Counted from the first letter of the stretch, positions 29,518 to 39,626 are shown. The stretch: DNA of 64,000 nt from an uncultured virus (IMG/VR IMGVR_UViG_3300025848_000036) (IMGVR_UViG_3300025848_000036); one strand, 5' to 3'. Notes: generated from the sequence alone by a model not told the origin. Program-made: numbers and translations.

Positions 29518-30373
29518 TGTAGACATAAATATTTTTATTTATTCTTATAAGGGTAAACATCTTAAAGATGTTATTCAACAGATTATAGATAATTCAAGTA
29601 AGAAACATTCAATTGGTATAGGTATATATGATCAACATCCACTAGATAGAAAAGATACCTTTGAAAAAATGGGTGTTGGATATAAGCACCTATTCTGGGA
29701 TTGGATTACAAATCATTCAGCCCTAAGAGCATCAAATGCAATGTGGTCCAAATCAAAATATTTTATGTTGTTGTCGGACAATGTTATGTTGTCTAAGGAT
29801 TGGGATGTAAAACTAATTGAGGCGTGTAAGCCAAATCAGATAATTTCTGGTAATCACCAAGTTGCTATATCCGCAAAGAATGTATTCTATATACAAAAAG
29901 AAAAAATTGAAACTTCTGAAATTGTTCAAACAGATTTTATTGATAGGGATCTAATATTTGGTGATAAGAAAACAATGTCTAATCTTAACTATCCAAGTTA
30001 TATAAAATATAATGGTGTGGAAGAAGTCCTATCCCTAGATTTATTTACAAGGGGTATTCCAGTTTTTGCAATGCCCACAGATTTTTATACTCTTGCTGGT
30101 AAGCCAACTATGGAAACACTGTACGTACCATTTTCAATAAATCATAATTACAATGAAGCAATCACAATGCTAAGGACTGGTATTAATTGCTGTGGATCAA
30201 TTCTTGGCAGGGACTTAACGGTAGATGATTTCTGCACAAGACACAACTTTGATTTCAAAAGTTTAGAACCACTACCATTTGAAACTAATGATGTTCAATA
30301 TGATCCAGAAAAATTAAATTTTAATCAAATTGATGCTAGAAGATATACTGCTACCACCAAAGCAGTTCACTAG
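29504..30373 (+). CDS. GT-A glycosyltransferase resembling GT60/PF11397 hydroxyproline GlcNAc-transferase
   Basis: IFIYSYK...IGIYDQ; YFMLLSDNVMLSKDWDVKLI; NGVEEVLSLDLFTRGIPVFAMP. Confidence 0.6.
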   Translation: MTMNNVDINIFIYSYKGKHLKDVIQQIIDNSSKKHSIGIGIYDQHPLDRKDTFEKMGVGYKHLFWDWITNHSALRASNAMWSKSKYFMLLSDNVMLSKDWDVKLIEACKPNQIISGNHQVAISAKNVFYIQKEKIETSEIVQTDFIDRDLIFGDKKTMSNLNYPSYIKYNGVEEVLSLDLFTRGIPVFAMPTDFYTLAGKPTMETLYVPFSINHNYNEAITMLRTGINCCGSILGRDLTVDDFCTRHNFDFKSLEPLPFETNDVQYDPEKLNFNQIDARRYTATTKAVH

Positions 30374-30398
30374 TGGTATAATAATAAGAGGAGAAAAA

Positions 30399-31049
30399 AT
30401 GATCGAAGTAGCAAATCCAGAAAACTATTTAGAGGCACACGGACCAGAAACCTATGGCCATAGAATTCATGTTATAGAAAATTACATTACACCAGAAGAT
30501 GCAGATCTCTTAGTTAGAGAAATGCAAAATCCTTCTGAGGTTAATGATTATCCAGATTATTATAAGAAAAGATTTGGAGGAACTTCTCTTCCTTATAACA
30601 AGCAAGTTATGGAAGTACTTGTTAAGTATGGACAGAAAGCAAACGAAGACCACAGAAGACTCAATGGGTATATGCATGATATATATGTATTCAAAGGGTT
30701 TGGATCTTGGTGGGCAGAAGGTAAAAAGGGAGACCTACACATTGATGCACAAGGCCCAGAACCATGGATTGAGTGGAGTACCGTTATGTATCTTAACGAT
30801 GATTTTGAAGGTGGAAGAATTTATTTTCCAAACCAAAATGTTGTTTATGCTCCTAAGAAATATTCGGCGGTATTTTTCCCAAGTGCTGGAACAGAATATG
30901 TACATGGTATTACAACGGTAACTAAGGGCAATAGATATACGGCACTGTATATGCATACTAGTTTGCCACAAAATGCAGATCCAGAGTTCCTATTCCCAGG
31001 CCAAAGACCAAAGTGGCTTGCAAGAGAATATGGACTTAACCATGTTTGA
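30399..31049 (+). CDS. Prolyl-4-hydroxylase-like 2OG-Fe(II) oxygenase
   Basis: HID, YLNDDFEGG, HGITTVTKGNRY. Confidence 0.85.
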   Translation: MIEVANPENYLEAHGPETYGHRIHVIENYITPEDADLLVREMQNPSEVNDYPDYYKKRFGGTSLPYNKQVMEVLVKYGQKANEDHRRLNGYMHDIYVFKGFGSWWAEGKKGDLHIDAQGPEPWIEWSTVMYLNDDFEGGRIYFPNQNVVYAPKKYSAVFFPSAGTEYVHGITTVTKGNRYTALYMHTSLPQNADPEFLFPGQRPKWLAREYGLNHV

Positions 31050-31707
31050 TTATGAAGTTTTAGATCTTGGTTTAGTTTATTATACAAATGTAATTAAAGA
31101 ACCACAAAAGATTATTGATGCTGTTGAAGAACTTGAGAATAGATGGCTTACTGATAAGCCTGGACCAAATCAAACATCCGTAAAGCCATGGGTTCCTTGG
31201 ACATATGGCGAGGGTGAAAGCATGCTGACGTTTAACATGCAGAAGTTTATTCCACAAGTCAAAGACATTCCAGCAAATGATATATATGGTGAAGAACAAA
31301 AGTTTATTTCTTCAGAACTATTTGGTGCATTAGATATAACGCTTGATCACTATACAAAAGACTTATATCCATTTGCAGAAAAGAACATTAAGTCTAGAGA
31401 ACATACAATGCATTTATTGAAGTATGAAAAAACTGGACACCTTCCTGCTCATCAAGATCAAGGAATTAGTACAAGAGTTTTATCTGTATTGCTTTATCTC
31501 AATGATGACTATGAGGGCGGAGAGATAGAGTTTAGACATTCAGACCTTGTAATTAAACCAGATCCAGGAAGCGTTTTGTTCTTCCCATCTAACTTTTTGT
31601 ATGTTCATGAAGTTCATCCAGTTACAAAAGGTCCAAGATATGCGTTACCAAATTGGTATCACAATGTTCCCCTTTCTGCTAAAAGAGATTCCACTGGACA
31701 AGAATAA
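31042..31707 (+). CDS. Prolyl-4-hydroxylase-like 2OG-Fe(II) oxygenase
   Basis: HQD, YLNDDYEGGE, HEVHPVTKGPRY. Confidence 0.85.
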   Translation: MFDYEVLDLGLVYYTNVIKEPQKIIDAVEELENRWLTDKPGPNQTSVKPWVPWTYGEGESMLTFNMQKFIPQVKDIPANDIYGEEQKFISSELFGALDITLDHYTKDLYPFAEKNIKSREHTMHLLKYEKTGHLPAHQDQGISTRVLSVLLYLNDDYEGGEIEFRHSDLVIKPDPGSVLFFPSNFLYVHEVHPVTKGPRYALPNWYHNVPLSAKRDSTGQE

Positions 31708-33131
31708 TGAAAATATTTGGATTCAATGAGACATCTCACGATGCTGCACTTGCTGTAATTAAAAATAGTTCTATTTTATTTGCTGGACACGCAGAAAGAT
31801 ATAGCAAGATTAAAAATGATTGGTATACCAATAATGAGTTATGGAAAGATGCAGAGCGATACGGAGGAACTCCAGATGAAATTGCATACTATGAAAAGCC
31901 TGGACTTAAAAAGTTAAGATTGGTTTTACGTGGTGGTGCTGCAGATTGGAAGCCAAAACATAAGTTTGATATATCATTTAAGCATCACTACACCCATGCT
32001 TGTGCAGGATATTATACAAGTCCATTTGACAAAGCAGCAATTGTTGTTTTAGATGCTATTGGAGAATTTTCTACGTCTACTGTTTGGGTAGGAGATGGAG
32101 AGGATATCAAACTTGTTAAAGAAATAAAATATCCATTAAGTTTCGGTTTATTCTATTCTGCATTTACACAACTGATAGGTTTAATGCCAAATCAAGAAGA
32201 ATATATTCTAATGGGTATGGCAGGGTATGGAAATCCAGACACATATTACAAAGAGGTTTGGTCCTACTTCCCTGATATTAAAACACAAAAATATAATTAC
32301 CATCAAGGAATTAAAGATTGGCCATACCACATCTTGACTGATCAAGATAAGTTTGATATTGCTGCTTCAGTTCAAAAGGTGTATGAAGAAAGATTGTGGG
32401 AGTTTATGATAATGGTTCGAGGAGAACTATTACCAGAATATAAGAATTTGGTTTTTATGGGTGGTTGTGCATTAAATGCTTCAGCCAATACAATGCTTTG
32501 GGATATTTTTGATGACGTTTGGATCATGCCAAATCCTGGAGATGCTGGTAGTTCTTTGGGTGCTGCCCTTGCTCTTCGTGCAAAACATGTAAAATGGGAA
32601 GGACCATATCTTGGATATAATATTCCAGGAAAGTATCCAGTTGATGCTATCTTTAATGAGATTATGACAAATCAAATTGCTGCAGTAGCAAGCGGTAGAG
32701 CAGAGTTTGGTCCAAGGGCATTAGGAAATAGAAGTATCCTTGCTGATCCAAGAGATCCAAATATTAAAGACAAGGTAAATCTTATTAAGAAGCGTGAATT
32801 GTTTAGACCTTTTGCCCCCGTAATAATGGCAGAACACGCCTCAGAATGGTTTGACATGAAGTATGAATCCCCATATATGCAATATACCCCAAGATGTTTA
32901 AAGCCAGATTTAATACCTTCTGTGGTGCATATTGATGGCACATCTAGGGTTCAGACAGTAACTAAAGAACAGCATCCTGGATTGTATGCTGTTTTAGAAA
33001 AATTTTATAAGGCAACTGGTGTTCCTATATTATTAAATACCAGTTTAAATATTAAAGGCCAACCACTACTAAATGATGAGAGTGATATAATAGAGTGGGA
33101 AAAGACCTATAATACAAAAATTATCAGGTAA
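31707..33131 (+). CDS. Carbamoyltransferase (CmcH/NodU/TobZ family)
   Basis: HDAA, HHYTHA, DAIGE, GGCALN, GDAG, EFGPRALGNRS, RPFAP, LNTSLN. Confidence 0.93.
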   Translation: MKIFGFNETSHDAALAVIKNSSILFAGHAERYSKIKNDWYTNNELWKDAERYGGTPDEIAYYEKPGLKKLRLVLRGGAADWKPKHKFDISFKHHYTHACAGYYTSPFDKAAIVVLDAIGEFSTSTVWVGDGEDIKLVKEIKYPLSFGLFYSAFTQLIGLMPNQEEYILMGMAGYGNPDTYYKEVWSYFPDIKTQKYNYHQGIKDWPYHILTDQDKFDIAASVQKVYEERLWEFMIMVRGELLPEYKNLVFMGGCALNASANTMLWDIFDDVWIMPNPGDAGSSLGAALALRAKHVKWEGPYLGYNIPGKYPVDAIFNEIMTNQIAAVASGRAEFGPRALGNRSILADPRDPNIKDKVNLIKKRELFRPFAPVIMAEHASEWFDMKYESPYMQYTPRCLKPDLIPSVVHIDGTSRVQTVTKEQHPGLYAVLEKFYKATGVPILLNTSLNIKGQPLLNDESDIIEWEKTYNTKIIR

Positions 33132-33145
33132 CACTAGGAGGAAAA

Positions 33146-33928
33146 ATGGCAGAAAAAGGTACAAGAGCACTTCTACTTGAAGTGATTCAAAAAGAAGTTG
33201 GAACCGTAGAAGGTCCAAAAGATAATGAAACAAAATATGGTGCATACACAAAGGCAAATTTCTTGCCATGGTGTGGATCGTTTGTTAACTGGTCCGCTAA
33301 TCAGGCTGGTGTAAAAGTTCCAAATACAGTTTATACACCTGCTGGTGTAGCAGCATTTAAAAAGATGAACAAGTGGGTTCCTGTTAAAGGTAACAAACCA
33401 CAGCCAGGTTGGGTAGTTTATTTTGACTTCCCTGGTGGTCGTGACATTGACCATGTTGGTTGGGTATTGAAAGATAATGGTGATGGAACTGCTTGGTGTA
33501 TTGAAGGAAATACATCCGCTGATGGAAAGAAGGGTAGTCAGTCAAATGGTGGTGAGTGTGCAAAGAAACTTCGTGCATACGGTCCTAACAAGAAAGGTCT
33601 TCAAGTATTCATTGCAGGATACGGAGTAGTTGATTATCCAGATGCAGATGCACCAATGCCTTTAGAAGACAAGAAGGTTGCACTTGCTGAAGTTGCTAAA
33701 TCACAAGGTGTCGAAGTTCCAGAAGTAAAATTATTTAAACCATTTAAGCAAGGATCGAAGGGATCTTCAGTTAAGGTTGTTCAAGTAGCACTTGGTGTTA
33801 AGCCAGCAGAAGGTGTGTTTGGACCAATTACCGATAAAGCGGTAAGGGCTTTTCAGAAAAAAGAAGGTCTTCCAGTAAATGGTATTGTAGATGAAGAAAC
33901 ATACAGAAGAATTAAGGGAGTAAAGTAA
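33146..33928 (+). CDS. Endolysin (CHAP + peptidoglycan-binding domain)
   Basis: PWCGSFV, DHVG, IEGNT; C-terminal GVFGPITDKAVRAFQ...GIVD. Confidence 0.88.
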   Translation: MAEKGTRALLLEVIQKEVGTVEGPKDNETKYGAYTKANFLPWCGSFVNWSANQAGVKVPNTVYTPAGVAAFKKMNKWVPVKGNKPQPGWVVYFDFPGGRDIDHVGWVLKDNGDGTAWCIEGNTSADGKKGSQSNGGECAKKLRAYGPNKKGLQVFIAGYGVVDYPDADAPMPLEDKKVALAEVAKSQGVEVPEVKLFKPFKQGSKGSSVKVVQVALGVKPAEGVFGPITDKAVRAFQKKEGLPVNGIVDEETYRRIKGVK

Positions 33929-34128
33929 TGGATACACCAAAAAAGAGTCTACTTAAAACAGTTACTTGGCAACTGGTTCACATGACAATGGTTGCAGGAA
34001 CAATTTTTCTTTTAACAGGAGAATGGGAAATTGCTGGTATTGCTGCTCTGGCGGAATTATTTTGGGAATCTGCTTTGTACTTTGTGCATGAAAGACTTTG
34101 GACAAAATTTGGGAATAAGGTAAAATAA
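33928..34128 (+). CDS. DUF2061 membrane protein
   Basis: SLLKTVTW...YFVHERLW. Confidence 0.75.
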   Translation: MDTPKKSLLKTVTWQLVHMTMVAGTIFLLTGEWEIAGIAALAELFWESALYFVHERLWTKFGNKVK

Positions 34129-34235
34129 TGCGTATTAAGATTATTAAGTTTGTTGTTAAACTACTTGGCTATGAATGGTCTGGAGATAATTTAAATTTAC
34201 CAATATGGTACGTTAAAGCAAAGAAGAAAAAGTAA
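34128..34235 (+). CDS. Tiny basic protein (35 aa, not in ORF track)
   Basis: MRIKIIKFVVKLLGYEWSGDNLNLPIWYVKAKKKK, with TAATG coupling at both ends. Confidence 0.55.
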   Translation: MRIKIIKFVVKLLGYEWSGDNLNLPIWYVKAKKKK

Positions 34236-34420
34236 TGCCATCATACGAATATGATTGCATGGCTTGTGCCCAAAGATATATCAAAGTTAGGGCTATGACT
34301 GAAGATGATCCAGGATATTTGTGTGAAACTTGCCAAAAACCACTAGTTCGTGTATACTCTAATGTAGGAGCGGTTTTTAACGGCTCTGGCTTTTATTCCA
34401 CTGATAATCGAAAGGTATAA
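34235..34420 (+). CDS. FmdB-family zinc-ribbon protein
   Basis: MPSYEYDCMAC...CETC...FNGSGFYSTD. Confidence 0.85.
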   Translation: MPSYEYDCMACAQRYIKVRAMTEDDPGYLCETCQKPLVRVYSNVGAVFNGSGFYSTDNRKV

Positions 34421-34427
34421 TATGAGT

Positions 34428-34682
34428 ATGACGGCAACACACCCTTCCGTATCTAAAAGGGAGTGGGTACTAGATGCAAATGATAGATGTGACAGATGTT
34501 CTGCACAGGCCTATGTTAAGGTAACTGGAGTATCTGGAGATCTACTTTTTTGTGCACATCATTATAACGGTATTATGTCTACTCCAGAGGGGTACGATAA
34601 AATGATGCAATTTATGTATGAAATATTAGATGAACGTGAACGTTTATCAGAGAACAAACTTGAGGACGAAACAGAAGAATGA
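34428..34682 (+). CDS. Actinobacterial-type Zn-binding hypothetical protein
   Basis: DRCDRCSAQAYV...LLFCAHH; leaderless start after TATAAT. Confidence 0.65.
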   Translation: MTATHPSVSKREWVLDANDRCDRCSAQAYVKVTGVSGDLLFCAHHYNGIMSTPEGYDKMMQFMYEILDERERLSENKLEDETEE

Positions 34683-35440
34683 TTATTCAAATAATTGGAT
34701 TGCCAGGTTCTGGCAAAACAGAACTTGCGAAGGCATTAAAAGAACGTATTAACGCTATTCATCTTAATGCAGATGAGGTTCGTGCAACAGTGAATTCAGA
34801 TCTTGGCTTTACGCCAGAGGATCGTTTAGAACAGGCACGACGCATGGGAGAGATGGCACGTCTTATTTCAAAGCAAGGTGTTGCTCCAGTTATTGTTGAC
34901 TTTGTATGCCCAACAGATTTAACTCGTGCAGCATTTGGTAAGCCAGATATTCTTATTTGGATGAGAACAATCAAGGAAAGTCGTTTTGAAGATACAAATA
35001 AAATGTTTGAAGAGCCAACTCAATATGACATCTCGTTTCCAAGCCACATTCTTGATGCAGATGATAAAGCATCCGTAATAATTAAAGAATTTGGCTTGCA
35101 TGATTGGTCTGCACCAACAACACTTATGCTTGGGCGATATCAACCATGGCATGAGGGTCATCACGCTCTATATGTAGAAGCAGGTAAGAGAACTGATCAG
35201 GTACTTCTGGGAGTGCGTAATACATATAAAACAAGCGAAAAAGATCCATTAAAGTTTGATGAAGTAAAAGATTATATTGCTAAAGATTCATTTATGGATG
35301 GATCAATGGTTCTTAGATTACCTAACATTACTAATATTGTTTATGGTCGTGACGTTGGATATAAAATAGAACAAGTTAAACTTGGTGATGAAATTGAATC
35401 CATTAGTGCCACACAAAAGCGAAAAGAGTTAGGTATCTAA
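34679..35440 (+). CDS. cysC: Adenylylsulfate-kinase-like domain fused to an HxGH nucleotidyltransferase domain
   Basis: GLPGSGKT, NADEVR, DLGFTPEDR; then GRYQPWHEGH...ISAT. Confidence 0.75.
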   Translation: MIIQIIGLPGSGKTELAKALKERINAIHLNADEVRATVNSDLGFTPEDRLEQARRMGEMARLISKQGVAPVIVDFVCPTDLTRAAFGKPDILIWMRTIKESRFEDTNKMFEEPTQYDISFPSHILDADDKASVIIKEFGLHDWSAPTTLMLGRYQPWHEGHHALYVEAGKRTDQVLLGVRNTYKTSEKDPLKFDEVKDYIAKDSFMDGSMVLRLPNITNIVYGRDVGYKIEQVKLGDEIESISATQKRKELGI

Positions 35441-35441
35441 A

Positions 35442-35999
35442 ATGTACAAGAGGGACGAAGAATTTAGCATAACAATGCACAAACAATTTGACGTTTCTCA
35501 ATTGCGGTCTATTGTTGAAAAATTTAATTCAGAATGGCAAATTAATACAAGCAGGCAGCGCAGCGAATATACACACAGATTTACAGAGTCATTTTTTTTA
35601 TATACTCACCCTTTGGGGTGGGGTATTAATACGCCATACCAAGGTCAACAATTATGTTTTGATGACAACATTATGAGTCTTGTTGATCCAATTGTAAGGG
35701 ATTTAGAGATATTACATGATGGTAAAGTTGGACAATGCCTTCTAATTAAACTAAAAGGATTTGGAGACATTCATCCACATAGTGATAGTGGTGACTACCT
35801 TATGCATTCTCGCAGACACCATATACCAATCATAACAAATCAGAATGTCTTTTTTACTGTAGATGAAAAAACAGTTACAATGAAAGAAGGAGAATGTTGG
35901 GAAATAAATAATGCTAAGATTCACTCTGTGGTTAACAAGAGTCCGTTGCATCGCATTCATTTATTGGTAGACATTATTCCTAATAGGTATATCTCATGA
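35442..35999 (+). CDS. Aspartyl/asparaginyl beta-hydroxylase-like oxygenase
   Basis: IHPHSD, RHHIPIITN, GECWEINN..HSVVN, RIHLLVD. Confidence 0.8.
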   Translation: MYKRDEEFSITMHKQFDVSQLRSIVEKFNSEWQINTSRQRSEYTHRFTESFFLYTHPLGWGINTPYQGQQLCFDDNIMSLVDPIVRDLEILHDGKVGQCLLIKLKGFGDIHPHSDSGDYLMHSRRHHIPIITNQNVFFTVDEKTVTMKEGECWEINNAKIHSVVNKSPLHRIHLLVDIIPNRYIS

Positions 36000-36072
36000 T
36001 TACAAAACTTAAAAAGGTTTTATCGAAGATCTGGGATATTATCACAAGACCAAATGATATGGAGTGGCCATC

Positions 36073-36276
36073 ATGAAAGTAACTAAATCAAGATCTGCAC
36101 TAAAAGCAATTACATGGAGAGTTGTTGGTACATTAGATACCTTCGTTCTTTCATATTTCATAACACATAAGGCAGTTACGGCAGCGTCTATTGCTGGTTT
36201 TGAGGTATTAACAAAAACAATTCTTTATTATTTCCATGAGCGTGGATGGAATAATATTCAGTGGGGTAGACAATGA
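36073..36276 (+). CDS. DUF2061 membrane protein
   Basis: RSALKAITWRVVGTLDT...YYFHERGW. Confidence 0.8.
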   Translation: MKVTKSRSALKAITWRVVGTLDTFVLSYFITHKAVTAASIAGFEVLTKTILYYFHERGWNNIQWGRQ

Positions 36277-36932
36277 CAAAGAGCCATCAACTTAAAGCAT
36301 TCTTTACAGATGATGAGATTGCAGAACTCAAAGAAGCAATGTATGGATTTTTTAATTCTATGGAGCCAGTAACCATACCGCTTGAAACTATTGCAAAAGA
36401 AGGTAGACCAACAGATAAGGTCTTAGCACAGGAATGGTCTGGACGTGCCCTGTTTGTTGCTACTGATAGAATTCCAAAAAGGATTGCCGATAAGATAGAA
36501 AAATATGCTAGAGATAATTATGGTGAAGATCTAAAACCAGATGGTTATGCTTTTACAAGATACTCGCCTAAATATGGAACTCCACGACTTGCACCACATT
36601 ATGACACTGGTCATTCTACATTTACTATTGACTATCAACTAGAATCTAATGTTGAGTGGAAATTGGTTGTAGAAAATAAAGAGTATTCTTTAGAAGATAA
36701 CGATGCACTAGTTTTTAAACCATCGTATGAGGTACACTGGAGAAAGCCTACAATATTAAAAGATGATGAATATGTAGATATGATATTTTTTCATTTCCAT
36801 GATGGAAAACAAGATGATTATGGAATGACAAAAGAAATAAAGAAACTAACAGAAAGCGCATACCAAGAAAACTTCCAAAAAGAATTCATAGATCTTCATG
36901 GTTGGGATTATTGGCATGGGAATAGGTTATAG
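36273..36932 (+). CDS. 2OG-Fe(II) oxygenase-like protein (subfamily B)
   Basis: YSPKYGTPRLAPHYD, IDYQLESN, HWR. Confidence 0.65.
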   Translation: MTKSHQLKAFFTDDEIAELKEAMYGFFNSMEPVTIPLETIAKEGRPTDKVLAQEWSGRALFVATDRIPKRIADKIEKYARDNYGEDLKPDGYAFTRYSPKYGTPRLAPHYDTGHSTFTIDYQLESNVEWKLVVENKEYSLEDNDALVFKPSYEVHWRKPTILKDDEYVDMIFFHFHDGKQDDYGMTKEIKKLTESAYQENFQKEFIDLHGWDYWHGNRL

Positions 36933-36933
36933 A

Positions 36934-37341
36934 ATGTACGAATATAGAGTAAAAAATGTTATAAAGATAGTCGATGGAGATACTATCGATGTTGATATTG
37001 ATCTTGGCTTTGATATTTCTTTAACAAAGCGTGTGAGATTGGCTGGTATTGATACCCCTGAATCTCGTACAACAGATAAGGTTGAAAAAGCATTAGGATT
37101 AGAAGCAAAAGAGTACTTGAAATATAAGTTCAAAGATGCTAAACTAGTAGTAATTAAAACTGAATTGCCAGACTCTACAGAAAAATACGGTCGTATTTTG
37201 GGGTGGGTATATTTAGATGGAAATACTATTTCCGTCAATGATCAAATGATTGAAGACGGTTATGCATGGGGCTATCTTGGAGATACCAAGGTAAAAGATT
37301 TCGATGCTCTTGCCAAGCAACGTGCTAAGAAGAAGAAGTGA
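36934..37341 (+). CDS. Thermonuclease (SNase-like)
   Basis: VDGDT, RLAGIDTPE, KYGRILG. Confidence 0.9.
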   Translation: MYEYRVKNVIKIVDGDTIDVDIDLGFDISLTKRVRLAGIDTPESRTTDKVEKALGLEAKEYLKYKFKDAKLVVIKTELPDSTEKYGRILGWVYLDGNTISVNDQMIEDGYAWGYLGDTKVKDFDALAKQRAKKKK

Positions 37342-37580
37342 ATATCAATATAAAAACTGAGGCACTTTTAGAACACTTACTTTTACAAGGTGCGCTAGAA
37401 GTGTCTGGTATGGATCCTCAAACTGGTGAGACTTTGTATGCAATTACAGATAAACTTGAAGAGGTTTCCCCAGCAATGTACAAAGAAGTAAACGCAATTT
37501 TTAGAAAAAATATGATCCAGATGATGTATGCTGGACCTAAAACAATGACTTGGAGAATTAGTGATGGAACCAGAGGATAA
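37338..37580 (+). CDS. Hypothetical protein, paralog of the next gene
   Basis: GALEV..MD..T.E.L...TDKLE is shared with 37561..37899. Confidence 0.6.
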   Translation: MNINIKTEALLEHLLLQGALEVSGMDPQTGETLYAITDKLEEVSPAMYKEVNAIFRKNMIQMMYAGPKTMTWRISDGTRG

Positions 37581-37899
37581 AATCGTAGAGCAATTAATCC
37601 TTGATGGAGCACTTGAAGTTGCTGCTGTTGATATGGATACAAATGAATTACTATTTTCTTTTACTGACAAACTAGAAGTTGTCAATCCACAATTACATGA
37701 TGCAATGTTTACATACTTTTATACAGATGTAATGACATTATGGCAATATGGGTTTTTGGAAATACAAGAAATGGATACCAATGATCCAAAGGTTATGCTG
37801 ACACCAAAGGCTTTAGATGTTATTGAGACTAATAAACTAACCAGTGATCAACAAAATGTATTAAAGGAAATTGTAAGAATCGTTAGTGAAGAATCCTGA
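37561..37899 (+). CDS. Hypothetical protein
   Basis: Tandem paralog of the previous gene. Confidence 0.6.
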   Translation: MMEPEDKIVEQLILDGALEVAAVDMDTNELLFSFTDKLEVVNPQLHDAMFTYFYTDVMTLWQYGFLEIQEMDTNDPKVMLTPKALDVIETNKLTSDQQNVLKEIVRIVSEES

Positions 37900-37925
37900 T
37901 ATAATAGTATTAGGAGACATATATC

Positions 37926-38348
37926 ATGGAATATTTTATAGGTTCTTTTGTCACTTTTTTGGGGGCTGCCTTCCTATATATACTCCTGAATAACCTTACA
38001 CGCATTCCGCCAACCAATACATACAGATATTCACAAAGCCATATACATAGCATTATAAGGCCTCTAATGCCCCCTACAGCCTCTCTCAGGAAGCCTCTGA
38101 ACACTCAGTCCTCAAAGCACCTGGAAGGTGTTCAAATCAGGGTTATTATCATTGGGCCAGATGCCTATTGGATTAAGGATAACATTTTATATACCGCCAA
38201 AGTTACCAAAGAAGGGGTAGATAAAGAAACTACTTTTCCAGTTGACACAATGAGTATGGATAAGGTAGAATTAGATAAGACGATCTTCATAGTAGATCAA
38301 TTACAGAACGGACAAAAACGTGATAGTGGGAGTACAGGGAACAAATAG
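37926..38348 (+). CDS. Membrane-anchored hypothetical protein
   Basis: N-terminal TM helix; own promoter and SD AGGAG. Confidence 0.55.
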   Translation: MEYFIGSFVTFLGAAFLYILLNNLTRIPPTNTYRYSQSHIHSIIRPLMPPTASLRKPLNTQSSKHLEGVQIRVIIIGPDAYWIKDNILYTAKVTKEGVDKETTFPVDTMSMDKVELDKTIFIVDQLQNGQKRDSGSTGNK

Positions 38349-38670
38349 TTTTAGCGACTATAATGTTTTCTTAAGGGCCATGGGTGTGGCTATGTCCAGC
38401 ATGCCAGCAGATGACAACCTCTTGGCTATCTATACCGCTGGACCAGCCAAAGTAAATTCAATGGCTATGGAGTTTGTAAACCTTTCTGAAAAAGGTATGA
38501 AACTTCGAAATAAAAAAATAAAGTTATATAAAGTACCAGCAAGTTGGTTAGAAGAGAATATGAGTTCTTTTAACTATTTTGCGTTTTTATCAACACCAAA
38601 AGAGACAACATCAAAAATTGTTTCGACTGCCGAAAACAACAATGTTGAGGTAGGAATTTTTAGATACTAA
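38320..38670 (+). CDS. Hypothetical protein (possibly SLOG/YspA-like)
   Basis: IVGVQGTNSFSDY resembles the SLOG N-terminus. Confidence 0.4.
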   Translation: MIVGVQGTNSFSDYNVFLRAMGVAMSSMPADDNLLAIYTAGPAKVNSMAMEFVNLSEKGMKLRNKKIKLYKVPASWLEENMSSFNYFAFLSTPKETTSKIVSTAENNNVEVGIFRY

Positions 38671-38678
38671 GGATAATA

Positions 38679-38888
38679 ATGAAAATCGAATCACTTGAAA
38701 AAATGGAAAAAATTGTAGCAAAGAATAAATCCCTAGATTGGGATGGATGGACAGTAGTCCATAGATATCCATCAGACAAGGGTAGAACATCCAAATTTGG
38801 AGCACTTATCAATAATAAGTGGCATATGACACGTCGTTTTGTTCCTACTCGTTCTGGATGGGAGTTACCAGACAAATTGGCGGTATAG
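38679..38888 (+). CDS. Hypothetical protein
   Basis: SD AAGGA; WDGW motif. Confidence 0.55.
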   Translation: MKIESLEKMEKIVAKNKSLDWDGWTVVHRYPSDKGRTSKFGALINNKWHMTRRFVPTRSGWELPDKLAV

Positions 38889-38891
38889 CCA

Positions 38892-39173
38892 ATGAAGAGA
38901 CATGAGTGGAAAGACTCATCTGCATGTTTAGATTATGATACAAACATGTTCTTTGAAAAATATGAAGAGGATGTTCTTTTGCGAGATGCATTAGACAAAC
39001 TCTGCAATCAATGCCCAGTTAACAAGCAATGTTTTGCTGTTGGAATTTCTCAAAAAGAATGGGGAGTTTGGGGTGGAGTTTACCTAGAAGATGGGGCGAT
39101 CTCTAAAGAATTTAATTTACACAAGGACAAAGATAAATGGAATGAAACCTGGCAATCTTTGACTATGGGTTAA
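38892..39173 (+). CDS. whiB: WhiB-family Fe-S transcription factor
   Basis: W...AC...FF...CNQCPVNKQC...GVWGG. Confidence 0.9.
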   Translation: MKRHEWKDSSACLDYDTNMFFEKYEEDVLLRDALDKLCNQCPVNKQCFAVGISQKEWGVWGGVYLEDGAISKEFNLHKDKDKWNETWQSLTMG

Positions 39174-39177
39174 TAAT

Positions 39178-39399
39178 ATGAATCAGTGGTGGTCTTGGAT
39201 CTTAGCAGTAATTGGAGTTTCTGGAATATATGTTGTTGGTAATAAGAACATGCTGGGATGGTTAGTATTATGTATCAATGAGTGCATCTGGATACTTTAT
39301 GCACTTGCTACAAAGCAATATGGTTTTATTATAATGGCTCTTGCGTATGCTTCTGTTTATATTAAATCATTTAGACAGTGGAGGGCAGAAGAGAAATGA
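39178..39399 (+). CDS. PnuC-like small membrane protein
   Basis: Three TM helices; WSWIL...GW...W pattern. Confidence 0.55.
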   Translation: MNQWWSWILAVIGVSGIYVVGNKNMLGWLVLCINECIWILYALATKQYGFIIMALAYASVYIKSFRQWRAEEK

Positions 39400-39626
39400 C
39401 ATATACTTTGTCAATGCAGAAAGCATTTAGATCCTTGACACCGCCTAAAAATTTTAGTGTGCAAATAATTGATAATGAAAATTTTTTAACAGTCAAGGCT
39501 AATACTGAGCAGTTCATGAGACTTGGACATGATGATAAGATTTCTGCTGTTGAGTATATGATTAGAGTTAAAAAAGCACTAGAAGATAATGGGGCAATTG
39601 TTATGCTTGTTAGGGATAAGATGTAA
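39396..39626 (+). CDS. Hypothetical protein
   Basis: ATGA overlap with the upstream gene. Confidence 0.55.
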   Translation: MTYTLSMQKAFRSLTPPKNFSVQIIDNENFLTVKANTEQFMRLGHDDKISAVEYMIRVKKALEDNGAIVMLVRDKM

